DNA of 64,000 bases from Azolla caroliniana (taxonomy: Eukaryota > Plantae > Polypodiophyta). Within the stretch, counting starts at the first letter, position 1, and the number at the start of each line of letters is the position of its first letter. The translations under genes and the position numbers were made by a program. The stretch spans positions 15,066,001 through 15,130,000 of the forward strand of contig JBHGNT010000009.1 of NCBI GenBank assembly GCA_043228905.1, read 5' to 3'. This document shows positions 12,647-25,722 of this stretch, one piece after another. A model generated the notes under the pieces. The model was not told where the DNA came from and searched no databases. It was given only the letters and a program-made list of their open reading frames with translations.

Positions 12647-12660
12647 TGTGACAGACAGTT

Positions 12661-12729
12661 TGAATGTGGGGGGTTGAACCAATGACCTCCGGATCTTATT
12701 GGGAAACCTTACTAGTGGAGCTACATTCA
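12661..12729 (-). promoter_or_regulatory. tRNA-like Pol III A/B-box cassette in the U3 of LTR J
   Basis: Minus: TGAATG-TAGCTCCACTAGT...GAGGTCATTGGTTCAACCCC-CACATTCA; terminal TGAATGT/ACATTCA stem; A-B spacing 43 nt. Confidence 0.6.
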
Positions 12730-13050
12730 TATGTATTGTTGTATTATATAAGATTCAACTTATTACATTGTAGGTTATCACCAGAACTTTCAAGAAACTT
12801 CTAGAGAATGCATCTTCATGCACTCTCTAGAAGTTTCTTAGCTTACATGCATACCTCCACATTCTTGTATAAATACTCGGGTGCACCCTGATTACAATCA
12901 AGGTGAACAACACCAGTTACGGAAGCATAATCTTAGTTCTTGTTATCTTGTTATCTTGTTATCCTATCTATTCTCTCTCCCTTTCTTGTTCTCTTGCTTA
13001 TGCTCTTGCTCTCTCTTAGTATTTAGCCTCGTCTACCCGTCCGTGACAGT

Positions 13051-13061
13051 TTGTTCACCTT
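13051..13061 (+). promoter_or_regulatory. Self-priming PBS of Tcn1 element J
   Basis: TTGTTCACCTT is the exact reverse complement of AAGGTGAACAA (12900-12910), which lies 32 nt after the TATA box; no tRNA-type TGG PBS is present. Confidence 0.8.
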
Positions 13062-14574
13062 CCCATTTTCTAAGCCTCAGCATGTCGGATCTTACCAAGA
13101 GAATAAATTAGCTCATGGAAGCTATGCATCAACTTCAACTTAAGAATGACAACTTTTGGTAATCGTTACGGAAGGTTCAAATTGGAACACTGATGGAACT
13201 CGAAGAAAAACACAACTCTCCTCCTGCATCAACAAATGTTCTATGCGTAGAGCTTGGTTCCTCGTCCACTCTTTTTCCAATTCCTCTCCATCCCATTACA
13301 AGTATGGAGCCCAAGGTTAGTTTACCTAACAAGTTCGATAGCACGAGGAAGCACTTCTGAGGGTTCATGAATCAACTCAAGCTTATTATCCAACTACAGC
13401 CCCAACGGTATGCGGATGATTTTCATCAAGTTGGTCTCATTCGAACCCTTTTGTCAAGAACCGCACAAGCTTGGTTTGCACCATTGGTAGAAACTTCTCA
13501 CCACTTCTACACAATTTTCCTGCTTTTCTAACAGAGTTTGAGGTGACATTTGGGGATACGGATCGACACCGAACTGCCATTACCAAACTCTATTCATTAC
13601 ATCAAGGTATGCGTCTGGTATCTGTTTATGCCTCTGAATTTAGACAATTAACATGTGATTTTTAGTGGGATGGCCAAGTGCTCTACGACCATTTTCATCG
13701 GGGCCTTCAAAGCGAGATTAAAAATCTAGTACTCAACTTTCCGGAGCCAACGTCATTGTCGCAAGCCATCACGCAATTAGTTAGTTGTGACAATTGGTTG
13801 TTTGAACTTCGTCAAGAGGAAGGAGCAACTTCAAGGTGGCAACCCTCTCTGAGATCTCCTCCATCATCATTGTACAATGACCCCGTGCCGATGGAAATTG
13901 ATCAATCTCGAGCCCCACCACTCACTAAGGTTGAACGAAGGTATCGCCGATCCAATGGACTATGTTTATATTGTGGTGCATCTACTCATGTAATTCGTTT
14001 TTGCCCAGTCAAGAATAATCAACGACAATTATCTACAAACAATACGACTAGATGGCCCCAACAACCGGAAAACGACGGTGTCCAACTACAGTAGGAACCA
14101 TGTGGTTGGACAATCCACATTCGTGTTGCTCCCATAGTTCGGCTACATCTACAGAAGTTTTCTCCTTCTCTGTAAGCATCCAATTCAAGTCTATTTCAAT
14201 TAGGTTCTTAGCACTTCTAGATTCTGGGACAGGAACTTGTTTATGGATGAAATATTCGTTCATAAACACAAATTTTTGGTTGTCTGATTGTCCAAGCCAA
14301 TCCTAGTGGAAGCTATCGATGGACACATGTTCTCTTTTGGAGTAGTCACCAAAGGCACTGTCCGACTTATCTTATAGCTTGGGAACCAAAGAGAAAATTG
14401 TGAGATATCCCACATAGGCACGACAAATACGGCTCTCATCATATATAAGGTAGAGCAAAAGATATTATCTTTGTGTCTATGTGTGGAGCATAGAGAGTTC
14501 AAGGTAACTTGAACTAAGAGTGGACTCGGTGGGCTAGCTACTCGTAAAGGGTTTTGGCCAACCAAAACGGGACC

Positions 14575-14780
14575 GGCGATGGAGCCGATGATCCGGCGGC
14601 AAACCGGCATCCGGCGCCGGTGAGACGACGGCATCCGGCGGCAGCACCGGTATCCGACGCCGGTGAGATGACGGTAACCGACGACATCTGACGACGGCAC
14701 CGGTATCTGGCGCCGGTGAGACGACGGCATCCGGCGAGGCATCGGTAACCGACGGCATCTGACGAACCGGCGTCCAGTGA
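14575..14780. repeat. GC-rich degenerate tandem repeat (GACGGCATCCGGCGCCGGTGA-type)
   Basis: Multiple visible GACGGCATCCGGCG / CGCCGGTGAGACG units. Confidence 0.8.
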
Positions 14781-14820
14781 CTAGATAAATAAATATATAA
14801 ATATATATATTTACAAGGAG

Positions 14821-14888
14821 GGCAAGTAAGGATTCGAACCTTGCACCTCCGAGTTAAGAGTCAATTGGCTTACCGTTAAGCCATGACA
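14821..14888 (-). promoter_or_regulatory. tRNA-like Pol III cassette (consensus A and B boxes) in LTR U3
   Basis: A box TGGCTTAACGG (14883-14873), D-arm-like GGCTT/AAGCC, CTCTTAA loop, B box GGTTCGAATCC (14840-14830) within an AAGG/CCTT stem. Confidence 0.75.
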
Positions 14889-15352
14889 TTTAGTTGAATT
14901 TATATTTCTATCATTGTACTTTTACATGTAAATTCTAATACATGAGAACTAAAATGAGTGACATGGTTATCATGCACCACATGTAATACATAAGCGCCAA
15001 ATGGCAAACATGCATTTTATGCATGTCTTGTACCCTCACATGCATCATATGCATGAGAGCATCTATAAAAGAAGGAAGGGGGAGGAGAAAAAACACGGTT
15101 TTTTTTGTTATGAAATTAAGAAGAAGAAATTCGTTATCAAATTGATCGTGTAACTTGTTTCTTAAATCTAAAGTTAAAAGTTCAATCAATCTCTCTCAAT
15201 CATTTAATCTCAACTTCTCTCTTTCCCAATCTATCTTAAGTACTTTCTCGCTAAAGCTTACGCAAAAGCTTATACCGACTTTGAATCCTTCCGGTCCAGA
15301 ACCCCGGCAGTTCCGCCTCACGATCCGCGCGTAGTGACGGATCTTCACGACA

Positions 15353-18300
15353 TCGGGAAGAAGGTATCGTGGTGATGCCGACAGCAATTCCAGACCCTCT
15401 GAAAGTAGGGGGAGTCGAGGAGGCTACGAGAACCGGCAAGGGAAACACGTTGCAGAATGCTGGTATTGTGGCAAGAAAGGCCACAAGGAGAGCGAGTGTT
15501 GGAAGAAGCACGCCGATTCGGAGAAAACTGGATCTGGATCCGGACCGACCGAACAAAGAAATTGGCAGCGGATGCACTACGCCGAAGGATCTGAAAAAGT
15601 CGGAAAGGGGACAACCTTCGTGACAAGACACGAAGCGAACTCGATGAAGAAGACCACCCTGAAATCAGATGAAGTGTGGTACGTTGACTCCGGAGCATCA
15701 AACGATATGACGAACCATAAAGAGTGGTTCTCATATCTGGAAAAACCGGAACAACCGGGAGTAGTTGCAACCGGAGATGACACTCTGCATCCGATCATAC
15801 ATGTCGGTGAAGTTCCCCTCAGTCACGTCAGGAAAAAAGGGAAGCTAATGAACATGTTACATGTCCCGACAATTACCAAAAATTTGGCGTCGATCGGACA
15901 GATCGTCGACCAGGGGATGCAAGTTTGGTTCATAGCTTGAGTGCTTCATCGAGGAAGAAGGCCAAGTTATTGCGCAAGGGCGTAGAGATGGGAGGATGTT
16001 CATCCTCGACACCAATGACGTAGGCACCGCCATGTTTGAAAAAGGATAAAAAGTCGAATATGATATTGACTTGTGGCATAAGCGGATAGGCCATGTCAAC
16101 TACCAAAGGCTTCAAGACCTGCAAGCGAAACAAGTTGTGTTCGGATTGCCGAAACAGTCGTCGAAAGGTTCAAATTTGTGAATCTTGCCTGCTAGGGAAG
16201 CAACACCGACTTCCTATCCCCAGTGAGCGTAATCAGAGCCAAAATAAGCTCGACTTGATACATTCATATGTGTGGGGACCAACACAGAACGTGAGTCTTG
16301 GCGGGAGTTGATATTTCGTCTCCTTCATCGACGACTACACCCGGCACACATGGATCTACCTCATTGAAAAAAAGAGTGAAGTCGTTGACTGTTTCCGGAA
16401 CCTCAAAAATCTTGCCGAAAAGGAAACAGGGAGGAAGATCAAGTGCCTACAGTCGGATGGCGAAAAAGAGTACTTTTCCGGCCAATTCAACAATTATCTG
16501 CAACAAATGGGAATTCGGCGCGAATTCAGTTGCAGGTATATGCCAGACCAAAACGGCGTAGCCGAAAGGTAGAATCGGTCGGTTGTGGAAGCGGCGCGGG
16601 AAATGCTGGAAGAAAAGAGCATGCCCAAGTTCTGTTGGGCCGAAGCGGTCCGAACCGCGGTCTACATCCACAATTGGATCGGAGAAAAAGTGTCCGCACA
16701 TGAGCTGTATTTCGAAAGGAAGCCGAATCTACGACACTTGAGGGTTTTCGGTAGCATCGCATATGTGCATGTGCCGAAGGAGAAGCTGAGGAAGCTAGAC
16801 GCGAAAGCCGAGAAGTGTATCTTGGTCGGCTATTCGAACTAACAGAAGGGATATAAGTGTTATAACTCCCGAACCAAACAAGCTCGTGTAAGTCGCGATG
16901 TCGTGTTCAATGAGTTTGCGTCTTGGTATTTGCCTCCGACTACGGACCTCAGCTCCAATCCGAGTTCTGAAGATGAGGTTAGCGAGGCTAAGATGCCTCC
17001 TGATAAACCCGAAGTCGGAACTCTTGAAGAGAGTCCGATCTCATTTCAGCTAAGTGGACTGAATGAGTGACTGAGTCGGTTTGACTAGTCAGATGAAGAT
17101 CTGGTGAGTAGTGGAGACTGGTCATGCATTTCCCGCGTAGGAAGCCGAAGAGATTGCTTACTCGCAAAGAAAAGGGAAAGAAGAAGATGCTGGAGTACGG
17201 CACGGATAGGGTCAAGTCGAATTGACGTGAATCTGACTCCGAGAAGAGCGATGACAGGCCTTCAAGAACGAAGCCCACGTCGGCCAGAACGGCCTCAACA
17301 TCGGCTAATGATCAATTACACCGATCTACCCGCCAGAAGAACCCTGTTGTACGGTTCGGATAGAACGAGTACATGGCGCATCACTATGCGTACATGACAC
17401 GTGTAGCGGAAGTGCGTGAGCCAGAGAGCTACACAGAAGCGGCAAAGGAAGCAAATTGGTGTGCCGCCATGGAGGAAGAGATGAACGCACTTGCGGCGAA
17501 TGAAACCTGGGGCCTGGTTGACGTCCCCAAGGGTGTAAAGCCGATTGGATGCAGGTGGGTGTACAAGGTCAAGTACAACACCGACGGCTTGATAAACCGA
17601 TACAAGGCCCGGTTAGTAGCAAAAGGCTACGCGCAACAACACGGCATTGATTACGATGAGACATTTGCGTCGGTCGCAAAGATGACGACCATCCGTGTTT
17701 TGCTTGCGGTAGCTGTGGCAAAGGGATGGCACCTACATAAGATGGATGTAAACAATGCGTTCCTACAAAGCGAGCTTGAGGAACAAGTGTACATGGTGCA
17801 GCCCCCCGGATTTCACTCCGGAACGAACACTTCGGCGGTATGCCGGTTGAAGAAGTCCCTTTACGGACTAAAGCAAGCCCCACGTGCCTAGAACGCGAAG
17901 ATCACGCAACGATTGCGTCGGATGGGATTTGCGACGTCCAAATCGGACTCTTCATTGTTCGTCCAGCAAGGTCACTTCGACCGGTTGTATTTAACTTTAT
18001 GTTGATGACTTGGTCATCGCCGACATCAACCTAGGTGAAATTGACCGCGTAAAGCTCCAACTTGCAGCATCATTTGATATGAAGGACCTGGGGGACCTTC
18101 ATTACTTTCTCGAGATTGAAGTGATAGAAACCCCCGAGTATGCTCTTCAAGTTTGGGATGGCAGATTGTAAGTCCGTCTCAACTCCTCTGGACAAAACCG
18201 TGAAGTTTTGCCCCAACTCCGGAAAGGTCTGCGACCCGAAAAGGTTCTGACAAATTTTCGGAAGCCTCATATACTTGACTATCACCCGACTGGACCTCAG

Positions 18301-19822
18301 TTACCCAATCGGCTTGCTTAGTCAGTTCATCGCGCAGCCAACCGAGGAGCACCTTCAGTGCGCGCAACGCTACTCCGGTACATCAGTGGCACTAAGGACT
18401 GGGGGCTACTATTTCGGACTGGTACTGCCGTGCAGCTAGTGGGCTATACAGATGTCGACTGTGCCGGAGACGCCGATGATCGCCAATCCACATCCGGATT
18501 AGCATTCTCCCTTGGGAGCGCCGCGATCACTTGGAGTAGCAAGAAGCAGCTGACAGTTGCACTGTCGAGCACAAAGGTCGAGTATCAAGGAGCGGATGTC
18601 GCAACGTGCGATGCCATATGGCTGAAGCGACTACTTAAGGATCTGCAGGTGGAGGTGTCCGGTTCGACGACGATCTACTGCGACAACCTCAGTAGCATCC
18701 AACTTGCGAAGAACCCCGTCTTTCACACCCGGACTAAACACATTGAGGTGCACTACCACTTTGTTCGCGAGTGTGTCCTCTCTGGTGAAGTCGAACTTCA
18801 ATATGTTCCGATGGATCGGCAGAATGCCAACATCTTCACCAAGCCCCTTGGTCTAGACAAGTTTCTGCAATTCTCGGGTGCGTTGGGGTTGCGGCACCTC
18901 GACGTGCCGAACTTGAGGGGGAGAAAAGTCCCACAAGACCACGGAAAAGGAGCAGGAAAGGAGCAGAAGTGACCGCGACACCAAATCGGATGACAAATTC
19001 GATTTATTGTTGGCTGAAGAAGCCGAAGGCGGATCCGCGGGAGAGTCCAGAAGTGGACGAGAGGGCAGCAGCCGAAAGAAATAGCCGGAGCTAACCAAGC
19101 ATGGGGGAGATGGAGCCAACAAGGATGAGAAGGTCAAGATTGAGGACAAATTGGAGACAACTAATTCGGACAAAAGCGGAGACGAATCTGAGGCAACCGA
19201 TTCGGCTCGGATGTTTGATTCGGAGACGCCGAATCAACTGAAGGCCAAGTGGAAGAAAGGGCAGCAGAAGAGGCGCCAACACAGTGACAACAAGGGAGCT
19301 GGAAAAGGCCGCACGAGTAGACAAGTCGACCGTAAGGGTCGAGGCACGCGGAATCGAACGGGTCGAGGAGCACGAGCGATGTGTGAAGTCATGAGAAACT
19401 AGAGCACAGGACCGGAAGAGCCTCAAGTTGAGCTTGAGGGGGAGTGTTGAGATACAAGCTCAACATTGGCCGGATCGGTGTGCAAACCGGTGCGCAACAA
19501 GAGGCTGGATCGGTGCTGAAATCGAGAGGCCGTTGAATAGATATTCCGCGAGGGAATATATTTAGGAGTTAGTGTAGGAGCTCAATTATGAGCATTGAAG
19601 TACGTGTCAGTACTTCTGTCAGTCCATATTGACTTGTATAAAAGTGCTCTTTGAGCACATCCTATGTACAGAGTTTACACATTATTCGAATTTAGTTTTT
19701 TTCTGTGTTTTTTTCCCTCTCTGTCTCTCCCGCATACGTTGTGTCTTAAGCTCTCCATTAAACTTGTTTTTCCTCTGTCAGTATTCTGTGTTTTGTATAG
19801 CTTCCACACGTAACATTTGACA
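15353..19822 (+). mobile_element. 5'-truncated Ty1/Copia B2 (Bryco-like): gag end, pol, PPT and 3' LTR (19445-19822)
   Basis: [53 protein letters not shown]; GAGGGGGAG then TGTTGAG...TTTGACA; colinear with Copia A. Confidence 0.92.
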
Positions 19823-21967
19823 ATTTCTTGTTAGTCCGATCCGGCACGTGTCTAGTTTGTTAGCTGAGAACACCTTGGTCAGCATATCCGACCCGTTCTC
19901 CTCCGTGTGGATCTTCATCAACACGAAGTCTTGATCTTCTACCTTCTCTCGGAGCTAGTGATATCTTCTTTGGATGTGTTTCCTCCGGGAATGGTAGGCC
20001 ACATTCTTTGCAAGGTGGATGGCACTTTGGCTGTCGCAGTAGAGTCGGTCTTCCTCCTACCGAATCCCTAGCTCTCCAATAAATTCCTTCATCCAGATTA
20101 CCTCCTTGTGGCTTCCACGGCTGCCATGTACTCTGCTTCCGTTGTTGACAGGGAATCAAATTTCTGCAACCTCGATTGCCACGATACAACTCCCCCTGCA
20201 TAAGTCATAACGTACCCAAATGTGGACTGGCTGGTATCCATACAAGCTGACATATCCAAATCCATAAAACCATTCAATGGGGGTTTACCGGAGCTGAATT
20301 GGAGGCACATACTCGGGGTGCCTTTCAAATACCGGAGTATCCACTTCACCGCGTTCTAGTGCTCTCTTACCGGATTGCTCATGAACAGGCTGACTACTCC
20401 GACAGCATATGCAATATCCGATCGGGTACACACCATTGTATATACATTAGGCTTCCGACGGCAGAGGCATATGGTATCTTCTTCATATCCGACTTCTCGG
20501 CCTTCGTTTTTGGGCTCTGCTTTCTGGACAACTTGCAATATGCCGGAAGTGTCGATCCAACCGGTTTCGCCTCCGACATGTTGAACCTTTGAAACACCTT
20601 TGCCACGTACCTCTCCTATGACAACCACAACAGCTTCTTCGACTGGTCCTAGATGATGTGCATACCCAACATCTATCTTGTCGGACCCAAGTTTTTCATT
20701 GAGAAGGTCTGGTTCAGGGCCTTCTTCAGCATTCGTATCTTGACTTAGTCTCATCCGACGATCAACATATCATCCACATACAGAAGGAGTATTAGGAAGT
20801 CGCCTCCGTCAAATTTCTTCACAAACACGCAATGATCGGCTTGTGTCTTGTGGTACCCTTGGTCGGTCATGAAGGAGTCAAACTTTCGGTACCATTGCTA
20901 GGGAGCTTGCTTCAATCCGTATAACCTTTTCTTCTACCGGCATACCAGGTGCTCCTTCCCTTTCTTCACAAATCCTTCCGGTTGCTGCATGTAGATTTCT
21001 TCTTCCAGATCACCGTGAAGGAACGTCGTGTTGACGTCCAGCTGCTCGACCTCGAGGTTCATGCTTGCCACTATGCTCAATATTGTCCGGATGGATGTCA
21101 TCTTTACAACTGGGGCAAAGATCTCATCGAAATCCACACCTTTCTTCTGTTGGAACCCCTTTACCACGATCCACGCTTTGTAGCTAGGTGGAATTCCGGC
21201 ATCTCCCGGTTTCAACTTGTACACCCACTTGTCTGGAGTGCTCTCTTTCCTTTCGGAAGCTCCGTCAGTTCATATCTGTAGTTCTCATGCAGGGAATTCA
21301 TCTCCTCCTGCATGGCACTTAACCACTTGCAGTTGTGGGCGTCTTTCTTTGCTTCTTCAAAGCTTTCCGCCCCCCCCCCTCATCAGTTAGCAATACGTGC
21401 TCTACATCCAGAAATCTCCAGGGGGGGGGGGGGGGGGGGGCTTCCCTCTCTGAGAGGATATCTTCGTCCTTGGTTTTCGCTACCGGTTCCTCCATCTGTT
21501 CTTCATCTGAATCCGATTTGAGATCTTGTCCGGTTTCGGTTTCGGTTCCAACGTCTTCTTCTTCTTCTGTCAGTTCGGTTTCTCGTCCGAATCCGGCCAG
21601 TTCGTCTAGTGTCATCCGGTTATTGGCTATCATCCGGTTTTCAACCAGGTAAGTCCTAGCATCCTCAAGCCAGTTTCTGTTGGTCGATCCGGAGTCCATC
21701 ATCTTCTTCTCCGACTCCCAGTCGGCAATGGTCTTGTCTTCTATGAAGACTATGTCCCGACTCTGGAACACCTTCATGTCGACCAAGTCCCACGCTCGGT
21801 AGCCGAACTCATCATCGCCATATGCAAGGAATATGCATGGCCTGGACTTCGGATCAAGCTTTGCTCTCTTGTCCTTTGCAACATGCACATATGCCAGACA
21901 CCCAAACACCTTCAGATGCCGATAAGACACGTCTTTACTGGTCCATACTCTCTGTGGTGTGTCTCCT
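19823..21967 (-). pseudogene. Tork-like Ty1/Copia pol fragment (INT end, RT, RNase H)
   Basis: YRHLKVFGCLAYVHV, FAPVVKMTSIR, LDVNTTFLHGDLEEEIYM, KWILRYLKGT, LSTTEAEYMA. Confidence 0.9.
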
Positions 21968-22085
21968 GAGTTCTGTAGTTCAAAATCATCGAGCACGTTT
22001 GTAGTGAAGTGAACTCCCCTTTACCCCCTCGCGACCACAAGACCTTGAGTCGAATCGGCAAAGGACCGGAGATTTGACACCATGT

Positions 22086-23750
22086 TATCTTAGGCTGATA
22101 ACAATCTTTATGACTTGTGCAAAGATCTCATCAAAGTTGACCCCTTTCTTCTGCTAAAACAACTTCACTACTATCTGGGCCTTGTATATGGGTGAGCTGC
22201 CATCTTCCCCATTTTTCAGCTTGAGGACCTATTTGTTTCTCAGGGCTCTCTTACCTTTCGATAGTTCTACCAAGTCATAAGTGTAATTTTCATGCAAGGA
22301 GTCCATTTCATCTTGCATTGTTCTCTGCCACTTCTCATTGTGCTCATCTACCATGGCTTCTTCATAGCATTCTACCTCATCTAGTCAATGAACAAAACAT
22401 ATTGACTAGAGTATCGAACGTGTGTTGCCCTTTCTATGAATGAGTATCTACCACCTCCCATGGTCGGCTCAGGTTTGTATGTGTCTGTCAACTCTTCATT
22501 CAGCATGGGTTCATATATGTCGATCGGTTGCTAAAGAGCGATTGACTCCGACTCGTATGCATCAATCAACCTTTGTAGGTTACCCGACTTTGACTCATAT
22601 GTACAGGTTGGCTGCTCCGAGTCGACCAACTCGAATTTGGTTGTGTCGATTGAATGTCTCCTATTAGCTGATTGTGTGGAGTTTATTAGTCCCGAGTCCA
22701 TAGTAGTGGGAGTCGACTGGGAAGACGACCCCGATTGTTGCTATTTCCGGTCTTCAATCGGCTTGTCTTCCATAAATATTATGTCTCAACTCCTCACCAC
22801 TTTCTTGTCGAGTATATCCCATAGCTTGTAGCCAAATTCATCTTCTAAGTATCCTAGGAATATGCATGGTTTCGACTTGCTGTTGAGCTTTGACTTTTGA
22901 TCCTTTGCAACATGCATATACGGTAGGCATTCGAACACCTTCAAGTATTGATAAGAGACATTTTTACCTGTCCATACTTGTTGTGGGACATCACCTTTCA
23001 AGGGCACTGAGGGAGACATGTTGATTAGATAGACTGCTATCAACATAGCTTCAGCCCAATATGGCTTTCGAAGCTTTGCATGTGACAACATGCTCCTCAC
23101 CCTTTCCATTATTGTTCGATTCATCCTCATTGCAAGACCATTCAGTTCAGGGGTCTTAGGCACCGTATATTCGAGTCTTAGGCCTTGTGTCTTGCAATAC
23201 TCCTCGAAATGTCCTCTGTCTCACCACCGTTGTCGGTTCAAACAGACTTCTCTTTCAACTCTGGCCTGAAAGTCCTTGAAGGTTGACAACACTTGGTCTT
23301 TCAACTTTAGCACGAAAGCCCAAAACTTTCTACTGTAGTCGTCAATGAATGTCACGAAGTATTATTGTCCACCTCGATGTGATTGGGCACACATAACATA
23401 CATCTGTGTGGACTAACTCTAGTGCACATTCTCTTCTCTTTGGTGGCCTTGAGTGAAATGCAACCTTGTTTTGCTTTCTGACTAGGCAGTCAACATGCTT
23501 CTCCAAGCTTATCCCTTTTACTTCTGGAAGAAGTTTCTTGTCGACTAGGATATGCATGTCTCTCTCGCTCATGTGGCCAAGCCTCTCATGCCATAGCTCC
23601 CCATTTCAATTGGCTGCCACATTTGCTTCATCCTTGCACAACTTGGCATGCATCACATACAATATGGCATGTTTCTGTGCTCTGGCCACTATGAGACTTC
23701 CCTTATAGAACTTCCACATGCCGTTTTGAAAACTACCAATGATGGTATTG
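22086..23750 (-). pseudogene. Second Tork-like Copia pol fragment (GAG-pre-integrase, INT, RT start)
   Basis: ALELVHTDVC, TPELNGLAMRMNRTIMERVRSML, CIFLGYLEDEFGYKLWD. Confidence 0.88.
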
Positions 23751-24797
23751 CCACACACAACCATCACGCCAATAATGGACCTAGAAGATCTTGTCTTTTC
23801 AAGCATGGACGCTATGCTAAAAGTGAAAAATGTGAATTTGATCGTACTTCTGTAGAGTTTCTTGGGTATGTCATCTCGACACAAGGAATCAAATTGGACA
23901 CACGGAAATGCAAGAGTATCCAAGAGTGGGTTGTCCCAACTCGAGTACGAGATGTGCAATCATTTCTTGGTTTTGCCAATTTTTATCTTTGTTTCATCAG
24001 TGATTGCACAACCAGTCATTTCTCTTACTCGCAAGGATGCTACTTTCGAATGGACAACCACTACACAAAAGGCGTTGGACTTGCTAAAACAAGACTTTAC
24101 TATGGCACCAGTCCTTTTACATCCTGACCCCATTTAACTACCCCATATATGACAAGGAGCTTCTCGCTATTATTGCTGCTTTCAAAGAATGGAGACCCTA
24201 TTTGGTTGGGATGCAACACCGTATCCAAGTGATTACCGATCACAAAAAAAGTAATATACTTTTCTACCACACTAACTTTAAATCATAAACAGACGTAATA
24301 GTCAACCTTCTTGGCAGACTATGATTTTGAGATAATCTTTCGACTTGGCGATCAACACACGATGGCTGATGTCTTATCTTGCCAATCTAAGTTTGAGCTC
24401 ACTCCGGAGGATGAAGCCTATGTCCAGCAGTCCCAGAGTTTGTTAAAGCCTAACCAATTTGACAATTTCGTAACTTGCTTGCTCCGGATGACTCTTTGCT
24501 CAAGCGAATAGCAAAAGCCACTACGACTGACAAGTTCGCTACAAAGGTCAAGGAAACTATCACAAACCCCTCCCATGAACCCAAAAGGCCCGATTTAGCT
24601 CGTTATACAATTCAGGATAACCTTTTGTTTCAAGGTAATCTTTTTTATGTCCCAAAAGGTGTGTGTTGGACTAGGGTGCTCCAAGAGTGTCACGATGATC
24701 CACTTGTTGGTCATTTTGGCGTTGCAAAAACCTTGGAGTTGATATCTCGCGAGTACTGGTGGTTGCAACCATGGAAATTGGTCAAAGAGTTTACTAA
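23751..24797 (+). pseudogene. Tcn1-type Gypsy pol fragment (RT end, RNase H remnant, INT zinc finger)
   Basis: [57 protein letters not shown]. Confidence 0.85.
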
Positions 24798-25722
24798 TGT
24801 TGGGAATTCGGTCCCTTTGGATAGGATCCGAAGGAGCCAGATCAGACGTGCCCATGGAAGGTATCCGGTGGATCTGGTGTTAACCGGATCTAGGGACATA
24901 TACGAAAATATGTTTCTGGTGTGCCTGTAAAGGGTTTATTTGTAAATAGTCCTAAAGTCATATAAGTATAAATATGACCTAGCGCAATCACCTAAGTAAG
25001 GGTGTGGATGTGTAGTTGTATTATTGTTGTATAGAGAGAAAGAGAGGGAAGAGAAGTTGAATCAGTTTCCGTTGTAACTGCTGGTTGGCGAAGATACAAA
25101 GCTCGAGGTTGTTGCCTCTGAGTCTCATATTGTACCACCTCCTCTTGTAGTGATAGTTGGATACTTTGAGCTCCCATGCTTTTGCTCTATTAGGGTTTTC
25201 TACGTAAACATCCTACATCATCTAAAAGGTGCAAGCGTACGAACCTCCATTTCTGCTTTGTTCTTTCATTAAGATTAAAGTTCGGTTGTGGCTGAGCTCT
25301 ATTCCTATCAAACTGGTATCAGAGCGAACAAGAAAATGGAAGAGACATTCGGAAGCATGTTCAAGCTCACCGGCTCCAACTACCTAGGGTGGAAGTCGAA
25401 GATGAGGGACAGGCTCATGGTCAAAGATCTCTGGCTACCGGTACAGTTCAGGGGACAAGAAACCGGACTAGATCGACGCCACGACATGGGAGGTGATGCA
25501 CATGAAGACAACGACATACATACGGTGTGTCATCGACATGAGCATGTACAATAACTTTAATGAAGAAAGTAAAGCTCATGTGCTATGGGAGAAAATCGGC
25601 ACCATGCTAGAGAGTAAAAACGCCGTAAATCGGGTTTCAGTATTCCGGAAGTTAGTGAGACTCCGATACCAGGACAGATTCAGCATGACGGAGCATATGA
25701 ACGCATTCCAGTTCACCACTTG
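24798..25722 (+). mobile_element. Tork-like Copia 5' end: LTR 24798-25310, Met PBS 25314-25325, gag from 25336
   Basis: TGTTGGGAA LTR related to 49164 and 59061; TGGTATCAGAGC; MEETFGSMFKLTGSNY. Confidence 0.88.

Larger units (their letters stand above)
12647..14398 (+). mobile_element. Tcn1-type chromovirus J, 5' portion (LTR 12647-13048, gag, protease)
   Basis: TGTGACA...CCGTGACA LTR with TATAAATA at 12868; Gag EPKVSLPNKFD, PVPMEID, GLCLYCGASTHVIRFC; protease ALLDSG. Confidence 0.88.
14399..15352 (+). repeat. Isolated LTR (CACGACA-ending group) joining Tcn1 J to Copia B2
   Basis: TGTGAGAT...ATCTTCACGACA; GC-rich repeats, ATGCAT-rich region, TATAAAA at 15064, CT-rich U5; flanks come from different elements. 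Confidence 0.7.

Noticed and set aside
14064-14094. -1 frameshift signal GGAAAAC at the Tcn1 J gag/pol boundary
   Set aside because: Plausible for the clade, but not a perfect slippery heptamer, and both J and H are too mutated here to establish the frame relationship.
14575-14780. CRISPR-like array (also 26455-26630 and 38497-38770)
   Set aside because: Degenerate contiguous GC-rich repeats without unique spacers, inside eukaryotic LTRs, with no cas genes.
14821-14888. Functional tRNA-Lys(CTT) gene
   Set aside because: A/B boxes and a CTCTTAA loop are present, but the anticodon and acceptor stems do not pair and the unit lies inside an LTR. It is kept only as a tRNA-like cassette, as are the other cassettes.
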